Shown here: one piece after another, positions 41,225 through 51,111 of the stretch
How the letters are laid out: every line of letters starts with the position of its first letter
Position numbering within the stretch: the first letter of the stretch is position 1
DNA from: a bacterium
GTDB taxonomy: Bacteria > Zhuqueibacterota > Zhuqueibacteria > Residuimicrobiales > Krinioviventaceae
Assembly (NCBI GenBank): GCA_963693055.1
Contig: OY843751.1
Coordinates: forward strand, 4,640,001-4,704,000
Direction of reading: 5' to 3'
DNA length: 64,000 nt
Program-made: the position numbers and the translations under genes
Notes under the pieces: model-generated
The model's input: only the letters and a program-made list of their open reading frames with translations
What the model was told of the DNA's origin: nothing
Databases searched by the model: none

Positions 41225-42925
41225 TCATTGTTTTCTTTGCTCATCTTTGATTCGCTCAATCATTTGTTTTCCATTTTCATTATCAGAATTCAATTCAATG
41301 GATTTCTTGTAATATAGCAATGAAAGATCATAGCGCCTGGTGTTATAAAAATATTCCGCATAACTATCCCAAACATTAAACGCATTCGGAAAAATCAATG
41401 TATTAACTTTGAAAACAGATCCTGCTCTTTCCAAATCACCTTTTTGCATCAAAACATAGCCTGCATTATTTATACTCTTTTCAAGCACCTTTTGATCAAA
41501 AATAGTAGACCACTCATAGTTTTTATATTTATCCTTCAAATGATGATAATACTCTAAAGCCGCACTGGCACCATTATCCGCTGCATAATCCGGAACGGAA
41601 ACCAACTCTGTACCATCAATAACCAATTCTAAAGCAGGATCATTACCCGAAAAGTAATCCTTACTTGAAAATGGAGCGGGAACATTGGGTTGAAAATATA
41701 TCGTTTGTGATGACCATGCATTATCTATTTGTCTCGATGCAATACCCAATCCGAACCCACTGTTAGGAAGATTTCCGACAAATTTCATATCACTAAAAAA
41801 ATTAAAAGGAGATGCCGAAGGCTCACCTATAAAAACAGCATTTGTATGTACTGCTAATTCGGTCATTAATATTACTGCTGCACTATATGTCCGATTACCA
41901 ATAAACACAAACACATTTTCTTTACCATTCAATTTATCTCTTTTAATAATTTGATTTATAAATGGTATTAACAGCCGACCATTCCCACCATCATTATAAC
42001 GTATATCCAGCACAAGTTTATCAATCTCATTTTCATGTAGATCAAAGTATGACCAAAAACGCTCAGAGAATTGAAAAAATGTTTCATTATTACCCGGTTG
42101 GTTAGCAACTTGGTTCAGTTGAAAATAAATAATTTTTTCATCAGACAAATGTTCAAACCAATAAAATTTCACATTCTTGTCTTGTTTTCTTAAATGAAGG
42201 GGAGTTGCTTTACCTAGAATTGTAGCCGCATGAACATATTCTCCCTCTGTAGGCCCCATATTTAACCTGTTAGACCAGGTGATTTTGCTGTTATCATGTA
42301 TTGATTTTAATGTAAGACTTTTTCGTTCACCATCTCTTGTCATTAAATCCAAACGTATTCTTTCTAAATTATCTCCTAATCCTAATCCATTCAATACTCT
42401 GGCAAATGTAATTCCCCGAAGCGCCGGACTTTTCCTACCGAACTTGGAATCCAAATTCGTAACACTTTCAAGAACAGACGTCACCTCTTCTATAGATTGG
42501 CCATTCACATTAATAACACGGGAACCCAAATATTGCTCATGTTCTTTATCGATGACTGTTATAAAAACACCATCTGAAAAATGGGCCAACCTAAAAGGGA
42601 ACCTTAAATCAGTTAAATCTAAAAACCCTTGATCAAAAAGTTGTGTATGCCCATCTTGAATGCTTGCAATAACTTTTTTAATTGAATAAAAAGCCCCCAA
42701 ATCCGATTCTGCAGCTTTTATTTCATTCACAGCCTGTTCAACAATAGAATTAAAATCATCTCGGGTTACTCTATAATATAGATTAGGATGATGTAATTTC
42801 AGATTTGATACTACAAAATCAAGATCATTTAACCACTGCTCAGTTGTAAATGCTTTTCCTGTTGTTGCAAAAACCTGAGATATAATACCAAAAACAAGAA
42901 TCAAAGAAATTTTCAAGATCTTCAT
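41225..42925 (-). CDS. Secreted S41-family peptidase-like protein with C-terminal TPR
   Basis: HPN, DGHT, LVLDIRYNDGG, RTYSAA (putative catalytic Ser), IGEP, DPALE; C-terminal FPNAFNVWDSYAE TPR. Confidence 0.75.
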   Translation of the reverse strand: MKILKISLILVFGIISQVFATTGKAFTTEQWLNDLDFVVSNLKLHHPNLYYRVTRDDFNSIVEQAVNEIKAAESDLGAFYSIKKVIASIQDGHTQLFDQGFLDLTDLRFPFRLAHFSDGVFITVIDKEHEQYLGSRVINVNGQSIEEVTSVLESVTNLDSKFGRKSPALRGITFARVLNGLGLGDNLERIRLDLMTRDGERKSLTLKSIHDNSKITWSNRLNMGPTEGEYVHAATILGKATPLHLRKQDKNVKFYWFEHLSDEKIIYFQLNQVANQPGNNETFFQFSERFWSYFDLHENEIDKLVLDIRYNDGGNGRLLIPFINQIIKRDKLNGKENVFVFIGNRTYSAAVILMTELAVHTNAVFIGEPSASPFNFFSDMKFVGNLPNSGFGLGIASRQIDNAWSSQTIYFQPNVPAPFSSKDYFSGNDPALELVIDGTELVSVPDYAADNGASAALEYYHHLKDKYKNYEWSTIFDQKVLEKSINNAGYVLMQKGDLERAGSVFKVNTLIFPNAFNVWDSYAEYFYNTRRYDLSLLYYKKSIELNSDNENGKQMIERIKDEQRKQ

Positions 42926-43197
42926 AATTAACAACCTAAACTTTATTTACACAAAATAAATTCAACCTGGTTAGTAAAAGAAATCCGGTGTATTAGTATA
43001 TTACTTTTTCAGTATTAAGACAATCTTTTTTAGGTAAAATTCACTACAATTGCTTGATCTAAATCAAATCAGTATATAATAATAAAATCCATTTACCAGA
43101 TCAGCTAATACTCACATTTGTGGAGATTTACTATCCCTGTTTGAATAGTGTCTCTCCTTAATCCAATTTAACAAAATTAATAAAAAATATTGGATCG

Positions 43198-43872
43198 TCA
43201 AAACCGGTAGCTCAACAAATCCATTTTAACGCCAGGGCCACCACAGGAATCACGGAAATAACCCACCTGGCCTATAGACACACTTTTCTCTGATTTGACG
43301 GGACCCAGATTGTAGGCAAGCATTGAAAATGCAGTTGGCAAGACATATGTTAAAACGACTCCCAAATTAGAATCTGCGGTTTCAAGCGCTACCATAGCAA
43401 TACCGGTCCCCAAAACAGAGCCGCCCAACGCCCATAGAAACGATCTGTTTTTCTTTGCAATCAATCCTGTAACATGTACGCCACCCGCTATTCCCAACGC
43501 GTAACCTGCAAAAACCGTAAGAAACAATCCTCCCACATCTGTATCCCGATTATTGATAAACTGATTGCCATCAATTGCCAATCCCGCTGCTACACCCAGG
43601 GCTCCCCCCAATTCTGCCATTAGTAACTGCACCACGTAATAGTCGGTTTCATATACAGGCTGCTTCATATCAGACAACCGCAAAGCATTCATCGAAACAC
43701 CCGGTTCTGAATTATACCGAAAAGTATTCATACGCATGTCGTTCTGAAGAGCATTGGAACGGGAAAAAAGATGATGACCGGATGAATTGTTTTGAATTTG
43801 TGCAGAGACTAACGAGCTGATCATAAACAGCAACACCAACATCACTTGTCCAAAAACTATTTCTTTTCTCAT
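43198..43872 (-). CDS. Array paralog 7: exported glycine-zipper protein
   Basis: Signal peptide, GxxxG helices, tail GQVGYFRDSCGGPGVKMDLLSYRF. Confidence 0.85.
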   Translation of the reverse strand: MRKEIVFGQVMLVLLFMISSLVSAQIQNNSSGHHLFSRSNALQNDMRMNTFRYNSEPGVSMNALRLSDMKQPVYETDYYVVQLLMAELGGALGVAAGLAIDGNQFINNRDTDVGGLFLTVFAGYALGIAGGVHVTGLIAKKNRSFLWALGGSVLGTGIAMVALETADSNLGVVLTYVLPTAFSMLAYNLGPVKSEKSVSIGQVGYFRDSCGGPGVKMDLLSYRF

Positions 43873-43895
43873 AACTTATTCCCTCACAAAAAACA

Positions 43896-44606
43896 TTAAA
43901 ACCGATAGTTTAACAAATCCATTTTAACACCAAGGCCGCCGCAGGCATCTTGATAATAGCCAAGCTGTCCCACAGAGATTTCTTTTTTACTTCTGTTATA
44001 ATCTAAATTCGAACTTGAATTATAATAGAGCATTGAAATAGCAGGCGGTAAACCAAATGCCGCAATGAATCCCATAGCGTTCGAATCAAAATCACCTCCC
44101 AGTGAAGCGAGGGTTAATCCAATTCCCGCACCTACTCCAAACATTGTTCCAACCAAAGCACGCCAATAGGAACCATCATCAATTCTATCTTTACCAACCT
44201 TATTCACACCTATTGGTACAGCAAAAAGATATCCAACATAAGCACCCACAATGGAATAACCCAATGCTTCCAAACCACCATCTCCAGCTAGCCCTAAAAC
44301 TAAAAAACCGGTACCTCCAGCAAGTATACCCAGCGCACCACAAACTTGAGACGTAATGAATTGCTCCACATAATAATCAACAGTTAAATTATGATTCTCA
44401 AACGTCTTTGAGCTATTCAATGGATTAGAGTTCAAGTTAGTACAATATCGATCCAAATGAAATGTATTTCCTCCCTGGTAATTATAGGGAATTAACCTTA
44501 CAGAAGGATCACCGCACTCGGCAGACTCTTTCCCCAATAATGTTGCACTCGTGTTCAATAATAAACAAAACATTACAATCCTAAAACCATAATAATCCAT
44601 ATCCAC
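43896..44606 (-). CDS. Array paralog 6: exported glycine-zipper protein
   Basis: LIPYNYQG motif, GxxxG helices, tail GQLGYYQDACGGLGVKMDLLNYRF. Confidence 0.85.
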   Translation of the reverse strand: MDMDYYGFRIVMFCLLLNTSATLLGKESAECGDPSVRLIPYNYQGGNTFHLDRYCTNLNSNPLNSSKTFENHNLTVDYYVEQFITSQVCGALGILAGGTGFLVLGLAGDGGLEALGYSIVGAYVGYLFAVPIGVNKVGKDRIDDGSYWRALVGTMFGVGAGIGLTLASLGGDFDSNAMGFIAAFGLPPAISMLYYNSSSNLDYNRSKKEISVGQLGYYQDACGGLGVKMDLLNYRF

Positions 44607-44712
44607 CTCTCAAAATAACCGTATCCACATGTATTCATCTAACTTTTTTGTTTTCCCAAAATTATCGGGCTACCCTTTTCAAAAATTGATCATCCCTCCA
44701 AAAGTAACCAGA

Positions 44713-45408
44713 TCAAAACCTGTAACTCAACAAATCCATTTTAACACCGAGGCCTCCGCAGGCATCCTGATAATAGCCAAGCTGTCCCACAGAGATTTCT
44801 GGGGAATGATCAGTCTCTTTCAACTCTTTGTGATCTTGGGGTTTTGTTTTTTTATTATACATAGCCATTGAACAAATTGGGGGTAACAAAAAACCAGCTG
44901 TGATACTCAAAGTTGAATTACCGGGATTTGAATCCGTTTCCAATGCTAAAACACCAATTGCTATTGCTGTGCCTAATAGGGAACCCAACAATGCACGTTT
45001 GTAAGATCCGTTTTGCCCAAATGCTTCACCTATACCATATGATCCCAATGAAACTCCCATAGCAAACCCTGCATAAGTAGACAGCACTCCTCCGGCCATC
45101 GAACCGTCAAGAATATTAAAACCTATTAATGCTCCTGCAAATAAACCCAAACACCCCGATACTTCGGCTATAATAAATTGTCCAGCCAAATAATAACCAT
45201 CATAAAAATCTATATTTGTTGCTACAGCAGATTCACGATCATTTAATTGTGGAGATTGATATTGACACAGATTTACCGACCTCTCACCCTGATAATTGTA
45301 TGGTACCAACCGGGGAGTGTTATCGGATTTGCTTTCGGGTTCCTGTGCGTAAACCGTAAAAGAGAATGCCGTGCAGATAGTGACAAGAAACAAAAAGCGG
45401 TTTTTCAA
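44713..45408 (-). CDS. Array paralog 5: exported glycine-zipper protein
   Basis: AAGGAG RBS + TTG; LVPYNYQG; tail GQLGYYQDACGGLGVKMDLLSYRF. Confidence 0.85.
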   Translation of the reverse strand: MKNRFLFLVTICTAFSFTVYAQEPESKSDNTPRLVPYNYQGERSVNLCQYQSPQLNDRESAVATNIDFYDGYYLAGQFIIAEVSGCLGLFAGALIGFNILDGSMAGGVLSTYAGFAMGVSLGSYGIGEAFGQNGSYKRALLGSLLGTAIAIGVLALETDSNPGNSTLSITAGFLLPPICSMAMYNKKTKPQDHKELKETDHSPEISVGQLGYYQDACGGLGVKMDLLSYRF

Positions 45409-45647
45409 AATATGTCTCCTTGATAGAATTATAACCCAAACAGGAATTTCCCCATGCGTTTTTTATTTTAGTTTTTTAATCTGTAATGTATGTATGTACG
45501 AATGGATATGCTCAATGTTCCATTTTGAAACCGCGCAAATCCTGCTAAAGGCCGGGAGTACTTTTGAGAGTTCAACACTAGAAAAAAACAGCATTCAATC
45601 CTATCATCCTTAAATCCTATGAATCATAATTCAGACAGGTAACCAGA
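45409..45647. repeat. 239-bp intergenic direct repeat, copy A
   Basis: 8 mismatches by manual alignment versus 46356-46594; similarity extends into both flanking gene ends. Confidence 0.92.
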
Positions 45648-46355
45648 TCAAAACCTGTAACTCAACACATCCATTTTAACACCGAGGCCTCCGCAGGCAT
45701 CCTGATAATAGCCAAGCTGCCCCACAGTGATTTCAGGGGATAAATCAGTCTCTTTGAATTTATTGGGATATTTGGGTTTAAATTTTCTGTTATAATTTAT
45801 CATGGAACAGATTGTGGGCATAAGAAGCAATGCAGGACCTGTAAATACCGGAGTCTTGCTGTCTTTTTCTATTGCTGCTATGGTCATTCCTATACATGCC
45901 CCAAATAAAGAACCTTTCAGTGCTCGCCAATATGTACCATTTTGTACCTGTTTATAACCTGTTCCGTGTACTCCAAAAGCAACCCCTAATGTATACGACG
46001 TATACCCCACAACGATTGCAGCAGCAAGTCCATCCCATCCCTCTCTCCTGAACAAAGCTGGCCCCACGAGTACACCGGTTGTCATCCCAAGCCCACCTAC
46101 AAACTCTGCCATTAAAAATTGTTTAACAAAATATCCGACCGTAGCGCCTTGACCGGTTTCTGATAAAGGTTCGACAGAACCCTGTAAATTCAATGGACCG
46201 GGATTACACCAATACAAGTTGACAGTACTTTTGCCATGAAAATTATACGGAACCAGCCGGGGAGTATTATCGAATTTGCTTTCGGGTTCCTGTGCGTAAA
46301 CCGTAAAAGAAAATACCATACCAATACTAAGAAGAAACAACAAACTGTTTTTCAA
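45648..46355 (-). CDS. Array paralog 4: exported glycine-zipper protein
   Basis: AAGGAG RBS + TTG; LVPYNFHG; tail GQLGYYQDACGGLGVKMDVLSYRF. Confidence 0.85.
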   Translation of the reverse strand: MKNSLLFLLSIGMVFSFTVYAQEPESKFDNTPRLVPYNFHGKSTVNLYWCNPGPLNLQGSVEPLSETGQGATVGYFVKQFLMAEFVGGLGMTTGVLVGPALFRREGWDGLAAAIVVGYTSYTLGVAFGVHGTGYKQVQNGTYWRALKGSLFGACIGMTIAAIEKDSKTPVFTGPALLLMPTICSMINYNRKFKPKYPNKFKETDLSPEITVGQLGYYQDACGGLGVKMDVLSYRF

Positions 46356-46594
46356 AATATATCTCCTTAATAGATTTATAACCCAAACAGGAATTTCCCC
46401 ATGCGTTTTTTATTTTAATTTTTTAATCTGTAATGTATGTATGTACGAATGGATATGATCAATGTTCCATTTTGAAACCGCGCAAATCCTGCTAAAGGCC
46501 GGGAGTACTTTTGAGAGTTCAACACTAGAAAAAAACAGCATTCAATCCTATCATCCTTAAATCCTATAAATCATAATTCAGACAGGAAACCACA
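46356..46594. repeat. 239-bp intergenic direct repeat, copy B
   Basis: Offset 947 bp from copy A. Confidence 0.92.
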
Positions 46595-47290
46595 TCAAAA
46601 CCTGCAACTCAACAAATCAATCTTAACGCCAGGGCCGCCGCATGCATCCTGATAATACCCAAGCTGCCCTGTAGATATTTCTGGTCCATGGGATTTAGTG
46701 TTGCCTTTATTATATAATATCATTGAAAGCGGAATCGGCAGTAGAAACGTCAATGCCGCCCCCACATTGGCTACTTCTGAACCTTGGCCCGCGATAATGG
46801 CGCCCAGCCCAATACTGGTTCCAATTGCAGATCCCATCAAGGCGCGTAAAAACGGCAAATCCTTATTATTGATGATACCAACCACATGCACACCTGTTGC
46901 AACTCCCAGAGCATATCCCGCATAAGCAAATCCAACCAGCTTTACAAAATCACTGCCTTCTTCATCATCACTGAATTCAACCCCGCTAAAGTTCACTCCT
47001 GCTGCTGTCCCCAACGCTCCCCCCAATCCTGCTATTAAAAACTGTGATATTAAATACCCGCCTTCTGGTGGTTTGCTATTTTTTACGGATATATTATCTG
47101 AATAACTGAATAAAATCGAATTCGCATGATACCGGTTTAAATCCACTCCCATATCCTTTTGCTGAATAAAGGGAATAATTCGGGCTGCATTTTCAAATGT
47201 AATACCTAAACCCGGATCGGTCGCATACACTGCCTGCGCAAATAAAAGACATACCATTAACACACTGCTAAAGCCTAATTTTTTTTTCAT
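46595..47290 (-). CDS. Array paralog 3: exported glycine-zipper protein
   Basis: Signal peptide, GxxxG helices, tail GQLGYYQDACGGPGVKIDLLSCRF. Confidence 0.85.
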   Translation of the reverse strand: MKKKLGFSSVLMVCLLFAQAVYATDPGLGITFENAARIIPFIQQKDMGVDLNRYHANSILFSYSDNISVKNSKPPEGGYLISQFLIAGLGGALGTAAGVNFSGVEFSDDEEGSDFVKLVGFAYAGYALGVATGVHVVGIINNKDLPFLRALMGSAIGTSIGLGAIIAGQGSEVANVGAALTFLLPIPLSMILYNKGNTKSHGPEISTGQLGYYQDACGGPGVKIDLLSCRF

Positions 47291-47377
47291 TCAAGCACCC
47301 CATTCCAGTTTGTAAACCCGGATTTATCCCCGGGAACCTAAAAAAATTCTATACCGATTACAAAGCAATTCCGACTA

Positions 47378-48073
47378 TTAAAATCTACAACTCAATAAAT
47401 TCATTTTAACGCCTGGTCCGCCACATGCATCCTGATAGCATCCAAACTGACCGGCAGATATTTCCACAGGACTGGTTTTATTCGCACTTGCAACAGAATC
47501 TCGTTTATTATAAAGCATTATGGAACATACAGGTGGCAGCAAAACAAGAGACGAAAGACTAATTACGGCCTGGGGCTTGTTATTATCCAATTGAGAGGCA
47601 ATGGCTATTGCCAATCCTGCTCCAATCAAAGACCCTTTTAGCGCCTTACCAAAAGAACTGGAGACATTTGCATAACTCCCAACCTTGTGCACACCAAAAG
47701 CCGAACCCAAGGCATACCCGGCATAAGCACCGATCACGACAAATTCAATACCATCCATGTCTTCACTTTGGCCATCAACAAAAGGTATGCCGCAAATTCC
47801 CCCAACAAAGGACATGACTATACCATCAATTTCTGCAGACACAAATTGTTTAATATGCAATTTCGAATTTATTTTTTTTTGTTCTTTTTGATTAAATTTG
47901 GATAATGCACTTGCAGAGTCCTGTCCGGTATTCATACTATAGAGAACAGATTTATTCTCACCGCTGCTACAAAAAGATACCGGGAATAATTTCTCAACAG
48001 CCAGGATTTTTGAGGCAAACAACAGTATAAAAATCAACAAAAAACTTGAATGTATTAACCGAATGTTCAACAT
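47378..48073 (-). CDS. Array paralog 2: exported glycine-zipper protein
   Basis: GAGGGG RBS favours ATG 48073; tail GQFGCYQDACGGPGVKMNLLSCRF. Confidence 0.85.
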   Translation of the reverse strand: MLNIRLIHSSFLLIFILLFASKILAVEKLFPVSFCSSGENKSVLYSMNTGQDSASALSKFNQKEQKKINSKLHIKQFVSAEIDGIVMSFVGGICGIPFVDGQSEDMDGIEFVVIGAYAGYALGSAFGVHKVGSYANVSSSFGKALKGSLIGAGLAIAIASQLDNNKPQAVISLSSLVLLPPVCSIMLYNKRDSVASANKTSPVEISAGQFGCYQDACGGPGVKMNLLSCRF

Positions 48074-48114
48074 TTCCCCTCTCAAATATTAATAATCGCA
48101 ATAGACAATCAGCT

Positions 48115-48870
48115 CTAAAATTGCCAGCTAAAAACATTCACATTTACAACATTACCCCTCTTTTCATCATGAGAATAGTTGAACGCATTCAGGGATAATC
48201 CTACATTCCCGCCATCAATGCTCACAACCGAATCCAGATAATTCATATGGTTGGTAATATTATAACTTGCTATAGCGCCTATGGTTGGCAAAAAAAGTGT
48301 CAAGACCGAAATACGTCCCTCATCATTAAATTCTTCATCACTATCATCATAAGCATTTTCAATCATTATTCCTATCCCTGTTCCAATTACCGCGCTGGTC
48401 AACGTCCACCAAAACGATCCGTCTCTGTCCGCCTTTTCACCGACCCTATACACACCATCCACAACCCCATATGTATAACCAGCGGATATAACATAATATC
48501 CGGTATCAGACAAATCCCAATCATTCCCCAATTGTGCAGCATATACAACCAGGGCACTTGCAAGCAGACACATTAGCCCTTCGGTTTCTGCCATTAGAAA
48601 CTGTAAACCATAATATTGAATTGAATTAAAAACACTGAGATCCTGGGCCCTGTATCCATCAGACACTGAATTGAGCTTAACATAGTCCAGACTATAGGTT
48701 TCATTACCCTGATAGTTAAAAGGAACCAAAACCGGACCATCGTCAATAGTCTTAATTTGACGGGTCATTGCAAATGTGTTTTTATTACTCTGTAAAAGGT
48801 CTTGCGCAAAAACCATTGAACAAAAAATCAGTGTTACTAAAACCCCGGCCCGTATTGATCTGAGATACAT
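48115..48870 (-). CDS. Array paralog 1 (most divergent): exported glycine-zipper protein
   Basis: LVPFNYQG, QFLMAE, GSFWW and LP...YN motifs shared with the family; different tail NVVNVNVFSWQF. Confidence 0.8.
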   Translation of the reverse strand: MYLRSIRAGVLVTLIFCSMVFAQDLLQSNKNTFAMTRQIKTIDDGPVLVPFNYQGNETYSLDYVKLNSVSDGYRAQDLSVFNSIQYYGLQFLMAETEGLMCLLASALVVYAAQLGNDWDLSDTGYYVISAGYTYGVVDGVYRVGEKADRDGSFWWTLTSAVIGTGIGIMIENAYDDSDEEFNDEGRISVLTLFLPTIGAIASYNITNHMNYLDSVVSIDGGNVGLSLNAFNYSHDEKRGNVVNVNVFSWQF

Positions 48871-49056
48871 TCATATCCCCCAATTTATATAACTGTCGGT
48901 CCGTATTAACAAACCTGCGGATAATAATCACGGTACATTATTGGGAACCAACAATCAGGATAAAAAACTGTCTATTGATTTTTATTGTTTAACTACCCGC
49001 TTAAAGGCCAAGTTCCTTCAAGCGGGTAATTTTTCAAATCAAACAGCCAACGTTAT

Positions 49057-51096
49057 CTATCCCAGTACTCCGGAGCTGTCAACTGCCACAACGACCATCT
49101 TGTGTGCCGGCAGATCTAGCGGAGCATTTGCATCCATTACCACAGGTTTGGGAGATTCAATATCCAGCAAATACAGTTTACCGGAAATGCTGAATTCGGG
49201 TTTCACTTTAAGGCCTGATTCGCCTTCATTGAAAATCATATAGCAATGTAAGCCGTCTTTAACAACATGACGTACCCGAATGTCTTTGGCATCTGTATCA
49301 AATTTAACATCCCGGTCAATCAGTTTGTCTATGGCAGAAACCAGTACAGCATCATCCATATCGGGATTCCAGCGGATGATTCGCCCCGCTTTTTCCAAAA
49401 CGTCTATGGCGGATTTAGCCTCTTGCGGTATTATCACTTCCGGCTCAACAACAAGTGCCTTGTAATGCATACCAGCAATACGGATACCGTCTTTATCGAC
49501 TTTAGCGTCTTCCCACAAATGACGTGCTTCCAGATAATTAAAGTCAATCTGGTTTTGAAAACAGACTTTGGCAGATGGCCAGGGCAAATAATCGTTCAGT
49601 CCCAATATCGCAACATCACACACCTGTGTGCTGTCTGTGTTCAACCAGCACAAACGACTGGTAGCATCGGCAAAGGGCTTGAATTCTCCCCACCAGGTAT
49701 TATTGGGGCCAACATCCGGTGGACGTTCATCAACACGCGGGCCCCGCACAGAATAATAAAACGCATGCGGATACAAGAGATTACACCCCCGAACAATAAG
49801 CCAGTTTGCCAGCCATTTCATTTCACGAAAAGTAAAATCGTGCCCATACGCGCCGCAATACTCGTTGGAATTGCGTCTGCGTCCCAGGTGTACCATCGCT
49901 GATGAAGCGCACTTGCCCATGGTAGATTGGGGTCCTTCCAGTGCGTTGGGTTTACCCGGCTCAACATAGCGCCAGACAATGTCCTGTCCCGGAAAATGGA
50001 AATAACGTAAATGCCCAATATCATCGGGATCAGCCGGGTGCCCGGCTAAAGCGACATTGTGTTCGCTGCACCACTCAGATATAGGTTTGTAATAGGTTTC
50101 TTCCAGTCGTGCTTCCAATGCACGGTCATAATCCAGTCTGTACTTTTCCGCGTTCGGCTCATCATCAAACCACAAGGCAGCCAGATGCGGGGTAAAATCG
50201 TAACCCAACCACTCGTTTACAAATTTAAGCACATCCGCGTTGCCGGGTTTGGCGCCGTGTTCTCCGCGTTTGCCAAAAAACGAAGGCTCATCCGTAAACA
50301 CAGCTTTGATGGTTTTACCAAAATGTTTTGAGAATTCATCATAATACCGTTGATAGACCAGGCGTATAAAGCACTGCATGGCCTCGGGATTTAAAATATC
50401 ACCCAGTTCGGGCATATTTTCAGGGACTTCTTTTTTTTCAGGACGGCGTTTGGCATCCGGATCAACAAAATGCAATCCGCGGATCAGGGAGTATCCATCC
50501 CGGATGTATCGGTCAACAATGGCTATTTGGTGCCCGTCCTGCTTGCGCTTTATTATAGTAATCAGATTCTGGTCTTTTCCAATAACAGGTTTACCATCTG
50601 CTCCGATTTTAAAGCCATACACCTCGTCCCCCGGTTTAACGCTGTCCAGATCGATATAAAACAACCCACGGGGACGATAAGCGCGGTTCTCTGCAACAAC
50701 CTGTCCGCTTGCAGAACCACTGGGATACATGCCTTCATCATAGAGCACCACCCACATGTCTTTTTTTTCTGCCAAATCAATAGCATAACGCATAAAGTGG
50801 ATCATTTTATCACTCATCCAGCCAATATCACGCGGTAATCCGGCACGGGGATGAATCACAAATCCATAAACACCATGATCGCAAAAGTCCTGCATTTGAC
50901 GTGCAATTTCTTTTTCAGTCAAATCATCATTCCAGAACCAGAACGGTGCCTGAGAAAACTCGTGTGGCGGTACAGACCAGCTTTCAAGAAAAGCCTGTTT
51001 AGGAGCTTGGGAACTATTGAAACAATTCAATGCCGCGGCTGAACCGGCCACAGCAACTGAGCCTATAAAATGACGCCGGGATATTTTCATAATCAT
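49057..51096 (-). CDS. Tat-exported glycoside hydrolase, GH106-like N-terminal domain
   Basis: SRRHFIG; PFWFWN, HPRAGL, LYDEGMYPSG, FTDEP, HAFYYS. Confidence 0.7.
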   Translation of the reverse strand: MIMKISRRHFIGSVAVAGSAAALNCFNSSQAPKQAFLESWSVPPHEFSQAPFWFWNDDLTEKEIARQMQDFCDHGVYGFVIHPRAGLPRDIGWMSDKMIHFMRYAIDLAEKKDMWVVLYDEGMYPSGSASGQVVAENRAYRPRGLFYIDLDSVKPGDEVYGFKIGADGKPVIGKDQNLITIIKRKQDGHQIAIVDRYIRDGYSLIRGLHFVDPDAKRRPEKKEVPENMPELGDILNPEAMQCFIRLVYQRYYDEFSKHFGKTIKAVFTDEPSFFGKRGEHGAKPGNADVLKFVNEWLGYDFTPHLAALWFDDEPNAEKYRLDYDRALEARLEETYYKPISEWCSEHNVALAGHPADPDDIGHLRYFHFPGQDIVWRYVEPGKPNALEGPQSTMGKCASSAMVHLGRRRNSNEYCGAYGHDFTFREMKWLANWLIVRGCNLLYPHAFYYSVRGPRVDERPPDVGPNNTWWGEFKPFADATSRLCWLNTDSTQVCDVAILGLNDYLPWPSAKVCFQNQIDFNYLEARHLWEDAKVDKDGIRIAGMHYKALVVEPEVIIPQEAKSAIDVLEKAGRIIRWNPDMDDAVLVSAIDKLIDRDVKFDTDAKDIRVRHVVKDGLHCYMIFNEGESGLKVKPEFSISGKLYLLDIESPKPVVMDANAPLDLPAHKMVVVAVDSSGVLG

Positions 51097-51111
51097 CCTT
51101 TTTGTATATTA

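Noticed and set aside
43198-47470. Regularly recurring ~80-bp repeats as a CRISPR array or DGR
   Set aside because: The repeats are coding 3' ends 700-950 bp apart; there are no cas or reverse transcriptase genes and no adenine-specific variation.
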